NCBI GenBank assembly: GCA_947458495.1
Contig: CANHAR010000001.1
Location: 1 to 39,269 of the forward strand
Direction: 5' to 3'
Length of the DNA stretch: 39,269 nt
DNA from: Gammaproteobacteria bacterium
GTDB taxonomy: Bacteria; Pseudomonadota; Gammaproteobacteria; Pseudomonadales; Pseudohongiellaceae
A program made the position numbers and the translations under genes. The notes under the pieces were generated by a model that was given only the letters and a program-made list of their open reading frames with translations, was not told the DNA's origin and did not search any database. Below, piece after piece: positions 31,768 to 39,269 of the stretch (its first letter is position 1; the number at the start of each line of letters is the position of its first letter).

Positions 31768-32332
31768 TGACTGTAATCGCAGTTCTTCGTTCTGGTGAAT
31801 AAGCTACATCATACATCCGTACTGGAAAGTGATTAGTTTTGTGGTCTCTGAAGAATTGCTGAAGAGTGGTCTTTACAACAGCGAATGCAATTTCATCCCA
31901 GGGAATTTCTTGCTCGCTGAACAGTTTGACTTCAAGACTTTCAGCGCCCGGCGCAAAATCTAATCCGTCAAGTTTTGCTCGGAAAAACAGATAAACTTGA
32001 TTAATGTTTGGTAGATTAAACACGGTGTAAAGGCTGTCTGGCTCTAATGTAACACTGGCACCTGCCTCTTCCTGAGTCTCGCGTATCGCTCCCTGCCAAG
32101 TAGTTTCACCATTTTCCATAAATCCCGCCGGCAAAGTCCACAAGCCTGCTCTTGGTTGAATTGCGCGGCGGCATAACAATACCTTGGAACCCGACACTGG
32201 TATCGTCCCAACAATATTGTTTGGATTCTGATAGAACACGATATCGCAGGTCAAGCAACAATACCGGAGTTTATCATCGCCGGCGGGAATATGATGCGTA
32301 ATCGGCCCGGCACATAGCTGACAGAACTTCAT
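31751..32332 (-). CDS. Nudix hydrolase with N-terminal zinc ribbon
   Basis: FCQLC...CLTC, YQNP, Nudix box GFMENGETTWQGAIRETQEEAG. Confidence 0.93.
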   Translation of the reverse strand: MKFCQLCAGPITHHIPAGDDKLRYCCLTCDIVFYQNPNNIVGTIPVSGSKVLLCRRAIQPRAGLWTLPAGFMENGETTWQGAIRETQEEAGASVTLEPDSLYTVFNLPNINQVYLFFRAKLDGLDFAPGAESLEVKLFSEQEIPWDEIAFAVVKTTLQQFFRDHKTNHFPVRMYDVAYSPERRTAITVISESM

Positions 32333-32435
32333 GCACCCTCGGCCATTAGTTTAACGTTGGTAAGTGAGGTCAATGCTTGCTCGCGTAGGAAGGTCAAGAA
32401 GGTTTGCCAAAAAATTGAACATTATCCGCTTTATG

Positions 32436-32723
32436 CTACCTGCGTTTTTCAGCAATCGACTCCAGTGGACTGTTAAGACAATAGTTCGATTCTAAAAAGT
32501 CTTCTTGCATCATGCCAGATAATTTCACGAACCGTGCGGTAGGATTACATGCACGTCTGAGCTCCATACCAAGCCATAACGGAAGACCTTGCAACCTGCG
32601 TTTTGTGTCTTTCGATGCGTTGATGACCAGTTCAGAGATCAACCTCTGATGAAGACGTTCGAGCGTCTCCTGATCATCTTTGTGCAACCGCATCATGGTG
32701 TCGAAATCAGTCAGTTCTCCCAT
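32436..32723 (-). CDS. DUF3135-like small protein
   Basis: Pattern L.DFD.M..L...D.E.LE.L...RRLQGL....MELRRA.NP......LS.MM recognised from memory of the family; starts 6 nt after the pspC stop. Confidence 0.7.
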   Translation of the reverse strand: MGELTDFDTMMRLHKDDQETLERLHQRLISELVINASKDTKRRLQGLPLWLGMELRRACNPTARFVKLSGMMQEDFLESNYCLNSPLESIAEKRR

Positions 32724-32729
32724 CCCATG

Positions 32730-33482
32730 CTAGATCCTGTTTATTTCACAATGCAGTCTGAACTGTCGTGAAGTAATAAACGCTTCAGCTTCACGCAGCC
32801 TCCGTTCCGTGGCTTGCAAGCGCTCAGCACATTCCATGGTTGTTATGCGAACATATGTTGGCTGTCGTACTGTGTCAGCTCGGCTGTTGCTGGAAGATGT
32901 TGCACTTGATACCCGACTGCCATGGTTAGACTTTTGCAAGGATTTTGGTTCTTTGTCAAGCACAATCCAACAGATAACATACGCCCAAAATGTAATTCCT
33001 CCGAGTATAAATATCGATATGAACGTCACCAGGCGTACGATAAATGTGCTTATATTCAGATAATCTGCAATACCAGCACACACGCCTGCTACGCGAACGT
33101 TTGTACGACTTCTATACAGTGGCTTTTTGAGATTAAACCGACTGGCTTGTTCGCTTTGCGAACCGACTCGATCGGTCATCGCTTCTTGATTATCTGGTTC
33201 AGGCGGTGTGTCGTTACCTGGCACATACGCAGCCATGGCCGCTTTTATACGCTCCGGTCGTTTTTCATCTTCCAGTATCCAGTACATCGCCATATAAACC
33301 AGTATCAGAAACGGTGATACCAGGCAGGCAATGACATATATTACGCGGACCAGTGCTGTCGGAACTTCAAGGTATCTTGCAAAACCCGCACACACCCCCA
33401 GTACTTTTTTATTTTCTACGTCCAGGCCTAATTTTGGGTGCTGATACAAAAATTCAGTTTCCTGATCAGTGTTTCTGCTCAT
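32730..33482 (-). CDS. pspC: PspC-family membrane protein with two tandem PspC domains
   Basis: Domain 1 NKKVLGVCAGFARYL, domain 2 LYRSRTNVRVAGVCAGIADYL, C-terminal ERRLREAEAFITSRQFRL; ATG 33482 overlaps the end of pspB. Confidence 0.9.
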   Translation of the reverse strand: MSRNTDQETEFLYQHPKLGLDVENKKVLGVCAGFARYLEVPTALVRVIYVIACLVSPFLILVYMAMYWILEDEKRPERIKAAMAAYVPGNDTPPEPDNQEAMTDRVGSQSEQASRFNLKKPLYRSRTNVRVAGVCAGIADYLNISTFIVRLVTFISIFILGGITFWAYVICWIVLDKEPKSLQKSNHGSRVSSATSSSNSRADTVRQPTYVRITTMECAERLQATERRLREAEAFITSRQFRLHCEINRI

Positions 33483-33702
33483 GTTGATCCCTCCAGCCGG
33501 GGACTTCAGAGTCCAGAATCGACTCAAGTGTGTCAATCCGACGGTTCATGGTATCAGCCATCGCGCTGAGCTCACTGAGCTCATAGGCTCTCGCTGCGGC
33601 TGGTATCTTTTTCTCTTTGCGGCGATAAAGCAGAACGACCCATATCGTCACAAAAATTCCGCCAACGGTGATAAGCGAAATCACAAATTCAAAAAAATCC
33701 AT
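33466..33702 (-). CDS. pspB: Phage shock protein B
   Basis: N-terminal TM; ADTMNRRIDTLESILDSEVPGWR. Confidence 0.9.
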   Translation of the reverse strand: MDFFEFVISLITVGGIFVTIWVVLLYRRKEKKIPAAARAYELSELSAMADTMNRRIDTLESILDSEVPGWRDQHEQKH

Positions 33703-33714
33703 GAGCCGTGTCCC

Positions 33715-34374
33715 TTACTGTCTGTTAAGTTTTGCTTTGATTGATTGAAGCTCCAGATCGATTTTTTCCTGATTGGCCAGTTCTGCAAATTCATCCTGCA
33801 GTCCCTTTTGCTTGATGTTCATGCTGTCTACCTGGCCTTCCATCAAGTCTATCTTGCGCTCGTAATACTCAAACTTGTTCATAGCACTGTCAATACTGAA
33901 ACTATGTAGCTTCTGGTTGATGTCTACGCGTGATTGCGCGGCTGAGGTTCTCATCAGTAGAGTTTTCTGACGGGCTCGTGCATCACTCAGTTTCGCTTGC
34001 AACTGATCGATTTCGGTACTGAGTTTTTCAAGCGTTTCGTCCAGTTTGCGCAGTTCGTCCTCAAGCATGGCGACGGTGGTGTTTACCGTTGATTTTTCGA
34101 TCAGGGCAGCTCTGGCCAGATCTTCCCGGTCTTTTCCCAGCGCCAGTTCAGCTTTGGACTGCCACTCGCCTGCCTGACGATGAAGTTGTTCGATGCGACG
34201 ATTTACCGTTTTCTTCTCAGCAATGACTTTGGCAGTGCTGCTGCGTACTTCTACCAGCGTTTCTTCCATTTCCTGAATCATCATGCGGATCATTTTTTCA
34301 GGATCCTCGGCTTTGTCCAGCAGAGCACTGATGTTGGAGTTAATGATGTCGCTCAAACGTGTGAAGATGCCCAT
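33715..34374 (-). CDS. pspA: Phage shock protein A
   Basis: MGIFTRLSDIINSNISALLDKAEDPEKMIRMMIQEMEETLVEVRS, REDLARAAL. Confidence 0.97.
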   Translation of the reverse strand: MGIFTRLSDIINSNISALLDKAEDPEKMIRMMIQEMEETLVEVRSSTAKVIAEKKTVNRRIEQLHRQAGEWQSKAELALGKDREDLARAALIEKSTVNTTVAMLEDELRKLDETLEKLSTEIDQLQAKLSDARARQKTLLMRTSAAQSRVDINQKLHSFSIDSAMNKFEYYERKIDLMEGQVDSMNIKQKGLQDEFAELANQEKIDLELQSIKAKLNRQ

Positions 34375-34455
34375 ATTCTATTACCTCTGAAAGTGAACTA
34401 CATTTTACTGTTGCCGGCCAGTTTGGATGAATTTCAACTGGCGCCAGCAGAATAA

Positions 34456-34471
34456 AGCAGAATGCGTGCCA
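34456..34471 (-). promoter_or_regulatory. sigma54 -24/-12 promoter of pspA
   Basis: Minus strand reads TGGCACGCATTCTGCT, with correct GG-N10-GC spacing; followed upstream by an AT-rich (IHF-like) tract. Confidence 0.88.
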
Positions 34472-34545
34472 TGTTTATTGCCACAAGTTAACATGCTGAA
34501 TATAAACAAATAATTATTCTTTCGCTGATCGTTATTAAACACAGG

Positions 34546-34582
34546 TTGGTGAGGGAGCTTAACAAGTGGTATTTTTCGCAAC
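34546..34582. promoter_or_regulatory. Putative PspF upstream activating sequences (tandem)
   Basis: TTGGTGAGGGAGCTTAA-CAA-GTGGTATTTTTCGCAAC, about 75-110 bp upstream of the -24 box; resembles the enterobacterial pspF-pspA UAS arrangement as recalled, not aligned. Confidence 0.5.
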
Positions 34583-34623
34583 ATAGTAGAATCGGAATCC
34601 GCGTTATCAACAGGAGTTAGATT

Positions 34624-35697
34624 ATGCCCGCCGAATTGTCCTTGCCAAGAATGATTGGAGAGTCTGCCAGTTTTCTCGAAATGCAGGAACATGTTTCCAG
34701 AGTGGCTCCGTTAAATAAACCAGTGTTGGTCGTGGGAGAGCGGGGAACGGGTAAAGAATTGATTGCTTCACGACTTCACTATCTTTCGTCCCGCTGGCAA
34801 CAAGCATTTTTGAAAATCAATTGTGCAGCGCTTAGCGAATCATTGCTTGAGGCTCAGTTGTTTGGACATGAGGCCGGCGCGTTTACTGGTGCCAGCGGAC
34901 AGAGAAAAGGTTATTTTGAGCGTGCTGATGGGGGTACTTTGTTTCTTGACGAGCTTGCAAACACTGCAATGCCTGTACAGGAAAAAATCCTCAGGGTTAT
35001 TGAGTACGGTGAGTTCGAACGTCTTGGAGGCAGTCAGACAATCAAAGTTGACATTCGGTTGGTGGCTGCAACAAATGAAGATTTGCCCGCGCTTGCCCGT
35101 AGTGGGAAATTCAGGGAGGATCTTCTCGATAGATTGGCATTCGACGTGGTTACCTTGCCACCTTTGCGGGCGCGTGCGGACGATATTCTTGTGCTGGCTG
35201 AGCATTACGCCATCGGTATGGTAAAGGAGATGGGGCAAGAATTTTTTGCAGGATTCTCTAATGATGTGCAGCGTGAATTACTCAGTTACAGTTGGCCTGG
35301 CAATGTCCGTGAGTTGAAAAATGTCGTGGAGCGGGCGGTCTATCTTCATCCAGGACGGGTAATAAGCAAATTGGTGTTTAATCCGTTTGTTTCACCTTAC
35401 CGGCCTGCCTTGTCTCCCGTGCGCGTACAGCAATCAGCTGCAGAGGTAGATGTTGCAAACACCAATTACCCATTACCATTGCAGGAAAGCGGAAAATCCA
35501 AACAACTCAATCACGCAACCGTTAGTTGGAGTGGAGATACGCTTGATTTTCAGGAACACATACAGAACTACGAGACAGAATTGTTACGTAAAGCACTTGA
35601 GCATTGCCAGTTCAATCAACGAAAAACGGCAACCTTCCTGAATTTGAGTTACCACCAGCTACGCGGTTATCTTCGAAAATACGATCTATTGTCTTGA
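34624..35697 (+). CDS. pspF: psp operon transcriptional activator PspF
   Basis: No receiver domain; GERGTGKE, SSRW (PspA-contact Trp), GAFTGA, FLDE, WPGNVRELKN, C-terminal HTH YHQLRGYLRKY; divergent from pspA. Confidence 0.96.
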   Translation: MPAELSLPRMIGESASFLEMQEHVSRVAPLNKPVLVVGERGTGKELIASRLHYLSSRWQQAFLKINCAALSESLLEAQLFGHEAGAFTGASGQRKGYFERADGGTLFLDELANTAMPVQEKILRVIEYGEFERLGGSQTIKVDIRLVAATNEDLPALARSGKFREDLLDRLAFDVVTLPPLRARADDILVLAEHYAIGMVKEMGQEFFAGFSNDVQRELLSYSWPGNVRELKNVVERAVYLHPGRVISKLVFNPFVSPYRPALSPVRVQQSAAEVDVANTNYPLPLQESGKSKQLNHATVSWSGDTLDFQEHIQNYETELLRKALEHCQFNQRKTATFLNLSYHQLRGYLRKYDLLS

Positions 35698-35700
35698 GGG

Positions 35701-36558
35701 GTGAGTAAGATTACAAAAGTGCCGGAGATCAGTTTTCTACTTGCCCACAATGATCGAGAGTTGTGTTTTCCAGAAGCGGCTCAAGACAGTATTGACCTGT
35801 GGTGGGTGCCTGTTCCTGATGTCAGCGTCTCCTCGCTTTACAGCCATTATCATGATGTCCTGAGTGCGCCTGAGCATCAGCGATTTTTATCGCAAAGATT
35901 GCCTAAGGGACAGTTGCAGTTTCTGATCACTCGTATAGTTCTGCATTACCTTTTCAGCGTCTATCACCCGGATACACATCCAGCCCAATGGATATTTGGA
36001 AAGAGTGAGACAGGGCGCCCTCAAGTCGATCAGAGCCAATCTTCTCTGCAGTTTAATCTGACACATACGGGTAAGCTGTTATTGATTGCTGTGACAGGAA
36101 GTGGCGCGCCCGGAGTCGATGCTGAGGTATTGGGTCGAAACGCTTGCGTAGCCGAGATTGCTCAAAGGTACTTCAGCAGGACTGAGGCGTTGCAGATTCT
36201 GGATGCCGCTCCCGAAATTAGAAATGAGTTGTTTTTGCGCATTTGGACGTTAAAGGAGGCCGCTGTAAAAGCCACTGGACTTGGGCTTTCGCGGGCATTG
36301 AGGCGATTCTGTTTCACTTCTCCGATGACAAAAAATTTTTTGTTCACAGACGATTTTTGCAAGGAAAAGGATGAGGCTATGAAATTTGGCTTCTGGTCAA
36401 CAACTGTTGATCAGCATGTTGTGGGAGTGTGTTTGGCAAGCGCCGATAGCACATCTGCAGTAAACGTAAGAATTAAGTCGCGTCAGTTAGTGTGGCCTAC
36501 GTCAGACTATAGAGGCACGGTATCGACACTGGATCTCCACTGGTGTCAGAGCCATTGA
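35701..36558 (+). CDS. Sfp-type 4'-phosphopantetheinyl transferase
   Basis: GRP, FNLTHT, GVDAE, WTLKEAAVKATGLGL. Confidence 0.92.
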   Translation: MSKITKVPEISFLLAHNDRELCFPEAAQDSIDLWWVPVPDVSVSSLYSHYHDVLSAPEHQRFLSQRLPKGQLQFLITRIVLHYLFSVYHPDTHPAQWIFGKSETGRPQVDQSQSSLQFNLTHTGKLLLIAVTGSGAPGVDAEVLGRNACVAEIAQRYFSRTEALQILDAAPEIRNELFLRIWTLKEAAVKATGLGLSRALRRFCFTSPMTKNFLFTDDFCKEKDEAMKFGFWSTTVDQHVVGVCLASADSTSAVNVRIKSRQLVWPTSDYRGTVSTLDLHWCQSH

Positions 36559-36581
36559 TTAAGAATGAATCAATGCAGATG

Positions 36582-37382
36582 TCAAAGTATGTACTCAAGC
36601 ACAAACTTCGAGCCGTAGAATCCGACTAAAAGAAAAGCGAATCCAGTCAGTGTTCCTTTTATAGCGGTATTGCCTCGCCATCCTAATTGGTGGCGACCAA
36701 TCAGCAGAACAGCAAATACTGCCCACGCCAGCAAAGAAAAGAACATTTTATGTGCGAGCCCCTGCGCTCCGATGTCACTGACAAAAACAAAACCAGCCAC
36801 TATCGCCAGGCTCAGCAATATCTGTGCAGTCCATAAAAGCTCGAACAGCAGGCGTTCCATATCCTGCAAAGGTGGAAACCAGCGCATGACGCGAGCAACA
36901 TGATGGTGTTTAAGTTGGTGGTCCTGAAACGCTAGGAACAGCGATTGCAAGACTGCTATAGAAAACAGGCTGTAAGCAACTATTGAAAAAATGACATGGG
37001 CAGCAATTCCTATCTGAATGTGTTGCGGCGGATATGTGCTCCTGATACTCAACGATAGAAGAATGGACAGCATTGCGAGAGGGGCTACCGCAAGGATAAG
37101 GCTGCTGGCCGGACGCCTCATATTGCTTAACAAGGTCAGCAGCATGATCAGCGCAAATATCAATGAGCTAATCTCGGTAATTCCAAAATGATATGCAGCA
37201 TCCCGATAAATCAATGTTCCGGCGCTGAAAAAGTGTGCTGATACACCGATAAAACCCGCCCACAGCGTGCCGGGACGAGTATTGGAGCGGATGGCTCCGT
37301 TATTGATGGTTTGCCGCTGCAGGGCCAAAGTACCCGCATAAAAGAGCAGGGCGACAATGCCCGTTAATGTGGTAATGACCAT
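36582..37382 (-). CDS. ypjD: YpjD/CcsA-like inner membrane protein (cytochrome c assembly family)
   Basis: Multi-TM; PPLQDMERLLF, HKMFFS, GWRG, FYGSKFVLE; divergent from ffh as is usual; start ATG 37382. Confidence 0.9.
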   Translation of the reverse strand: MVITTLTGIVALLFYAGTLALQRQTINNGAIRSNTRPGTLWAGFIGVSAHFFSAGTLIYRDAAYHFGITEISSLIFALIMLLTLLSNMRRPASSLILAVAPLAMLSILLSLSIRSTYPPQHIQIGIAAHVIFSIVAYSLFSIAVLQSLFLAFQDHQLKHHHVARVMRWFPPLQDMERLLFELLWTAQILLSLAIVAGFVFVSDIGAQGLAHKMFFSLLAWAVFAVLLIGRHQLGWRGNTAIKGTLTGFAFLLVGFYGSKFVLEYIL

Positions 37383-37599
37383 AAGCTGGCGGAATCCTGC
37401 TGGTGTGCGGTGTGGATAAAACTTCCAAAGTGTCGCACATGTACAGATGTCAATGAAGAGCTTTTTTGTGATAAGGGAGCATCCGCTGCAGGGCTCTATT
37501 GTCCACGTGTCTGATCGGAGTGATAATACCGTCAATTAAAAAAGCACGGTTACAGACGCACTGTCAGTTGTCTGTCCGATGCTGCAGAGGCAATTCAAC

Positions 37600-38982
37600 A
37601 TGTTTGAGAGCTTAACGGAACGACTGTCCGGTGCTATGCGGAAAATCAGCGGGAAGGCAACGCTGACGGAAAACAACATTGAGGAAGCTTTGCGCGAGGT
37701 TCGTCGTGCACTGCTTGAAGCCGATGTTGCCTTGTCAGTCGTCAAGGACTTTGCTGACCGCGTTAAGCTCAGAGCAGTAGGGCAGGAGGTGTCGCAAAGC
37801 CTCAGCCCAGGACAGGCGTTTATAAAAATCGTCAAGGCCGAACTTGAGGCAGTGATGGGTGCTGCCAATGAGCAGTTGAATCTCAATTCCCAGCCGCCCG
37901 CAGTCGTGCTCATGGCAGGTTTGCAAGGTGCCGGTAAAACAACAACGGTTGCAAAACTGGCGAGATGGCTTAAAGAGTCACAGAAAAAGTCAGTGATGGT
38001 AGTGAGCGCTGACGTTTACAGGCCTGCGGCGATCGCCCAACTACAGACCCTTGCTGCCGATTTGGATGTTAAATTTTATGCATCTTACAACACACAAAAG
38101 CCCGCCGACATTGTTCAGGGTGCCCTGAAGGAAGCCCGCAAGGCGTTTGTTGATGTCCTGCTCGTAGACACTGCAGGACGCTTAGCTGTTGATCAGGAAA
38201 TGATGGCGGAGATCGGCGAGCTACATAAGTTGCTGAATCCGATCGAAACCCTGTTTGTGGTAGATGCAATGACAGGGCAGGACGCCGCGAATACTGCGCG
38301 CGCATTCAACGATGCACTTCCATTGACCGGTGTTGTCTTAACCAAAGCCGATGGTGATGCAAGAGGAGGTGCCGCCTTATCTGTTCGTCACATCACCGGT
38401 AAACCCATCAAGTTTATTGGTATGGGTGAAAAAACAGACGCACTGGAGCCATTTTATCCTGATCGTATTGCGTCGCGAATTCTGGGTATGGGCGATTTGT
38501 TATCGCTTATTGAAGACGCGGAACGCAAGGTTGACAAAGCAAAAGCGGAAAAGCTGGCTGGTAAAATCCAGAAAGGCAAAGGTTTTGATCTGGAGGATTT
38601 TCGTGAGCAGTTGCAGCAGATGAAAAACATGGGCGGTATAGCCAGTATTCTCGACAAAATGCCGGGAATGGGAATGTTGCCCCCAGGTGCTGCAGCCAAG
38701 GTTGATGACGGTCAGTTCCGTAGAATGGAGGCAATCATTAATTCGATGACACCGCGCGAACGCCAAAACCCTGATGCGCTTAATGGCTCACGCAAGCGCA
38801 GAATTTGTGTAGGTTCCGGAACACAGATTCAGGATATGAATCGCTTGTTGAAGCAACACAAGCAAATGCAGAAAATGATGAAAAAAATGAAAAGTGGCGC
38901 GTTGGCAAATATGATGCGCGGTCTGGGTGGTATGCGTGGTCCCGGTGGCTTCCCTGGTGCCGGTGGCCCACCGCGATTTTGA
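37600..38982 (+). CDS. ffh: Signal recognition particle protein Ffh
   Basis: MFESLTERL, GLQGAGKTT, DTAGR, TKADGDARGG, Met-rich M domain. Confidence 0.98.
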   Translation: MFESLTERLSGAMRKISGKATLTENNIEEALREVRRALLEADVALSVVKDFADRVKLRAVGQEVSQSLSPGQAFIKIVKAELEAVMGAANEQLNLNSQPPAVVLMAGLQGAGKTTTVAKLARWLKESQKKSVMVVSADVYRPAAIAQLQTLAADLDVKFYASYNTQKPADIVQGALKEARKAFVDVLLVDTAGRLAVDQEMMAEIGELHKLLNPIETLFVVDAMTGQDAANTARAFNDALPLTGVVLTKADGDARGGAALSVRHITGKPIKFIGMGEKTDALEPFYPDRIASRILGMGDLLSLIEDAERKVDKAKAEKLAGKIQKGKGFDLEDFREQLQQMKNMGGIASILDKMPGMGMLPPGAAAKVDDGQFRRMEAIINSMTPRERQNPDALNGSRKRRICVGSGTQIQDMNRLLKQHKQMQKMMKKMKSGALANMMRGLGGMRGPGGFPGAGGPPRF

Positions 38983-39047
38983 AGGATGAAATATCTTGCT
39001 GAACACACGATGCAGTGGGTTATTTGTTGAAAAAGCACAAAGAAATC

Positions 39048-39076
39048 TTCCCACAGGCAGATGTTTGGCTTAGAAT
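39048..39076 (+). promoter_or_regulatory. Putative sigma70 promoter of rpsP
   Basis: TTCCCA (39048-39053)-N17-TAGAAT (39071-39076), then GC-rich GCTGC. Confidence 0.55.
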
Positions 39077-39148
39077 GCTGCACTTTTTCCGGCACTGTGT
39101 CGGGAATAATGTATTTTCGAAAGAAGACAACTCTAGGAATCGTAGTAT

Positions 39149-39269
39149 ATGGTCACAATCCGATTGGCTCGCGGCGGTGCTAAGAAAAAGCCTTTTTACC
39201 ACATCACTGTGTCTGACTCGCGTAATGCGCGAGACGGTCGATTTATCGAGCGCGTTGGATTTTTCAATC
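39149..39269 (+). CDS. rpsP: 30S ribosomal protein S16, 5' part (runs off the window; absent from the ORF track)
   Basis: Hand translation [40 protein letters not shown]; follows ffh. Confidence 0.97.
   Translation, partial: MVTIRLARGGAKKKPFYHITVSDSRNARDGRFIERVGFFN

Noticed and set aside
32730-35697. Prophage or anti-phage island suggested by 'phage shock' genes
   Set aside because: Psp is a host membrane-stress system; no phage, integrase or defence genes are present.
194-39202. The many 60-150 aa antisense or overlapping ORFs in the track
   Set aside because: They are shadows of well-supported genes with no recognisable motifs.

Overview
A gene-dense stretch of core chromosome from a gammaproteobacterium. 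The gene order resembles Pseudomonadales/Cellvibrionales/Pseudohongiella types; this taxon call is inference only. Left to right: 3' end of a LytS-type kinase with a LytTR regulator; an Lrp regulator divergent from leuA; a composite palindromic repeat; an ECF sigma / zinc anti-sigma / exported protein module; a tandem zinc-ribbon protein; a PHP nuclease; iscR-iscS (no iscU-hscBA-fdx); ndk-rlmN-rodZ-ispG-hisS-yfgM-bamB-der (no pilW/pilF); a hydrolase, an MBL-fold protein, an orphan rodA and a DsbA-like gene; xseA; guaB-guaA-tadA-purL; YqfO-like and Nudix genes; a variant psp locus (pspF divergent from pspA-pspB-double-domain pspC-DUF3135); an Sfp-type PPTase; ypjD; ffh; and the start of rpsP. 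I saw no tRNA, rRNA, CRISPR array, transposase, phage or defence gene. Most of the window is housekeeping. The best leads are the uncharacterised ECF module (3745-5983, possibly extending to 6596), the nested cruciform repeat with GCGAAGC minihairpins (3501-3658), a candidate Leu-rich leader peptide for leuA (1612-1761) and the atypical psp operon. All calls come from motif recognition by eye; no searches were run.
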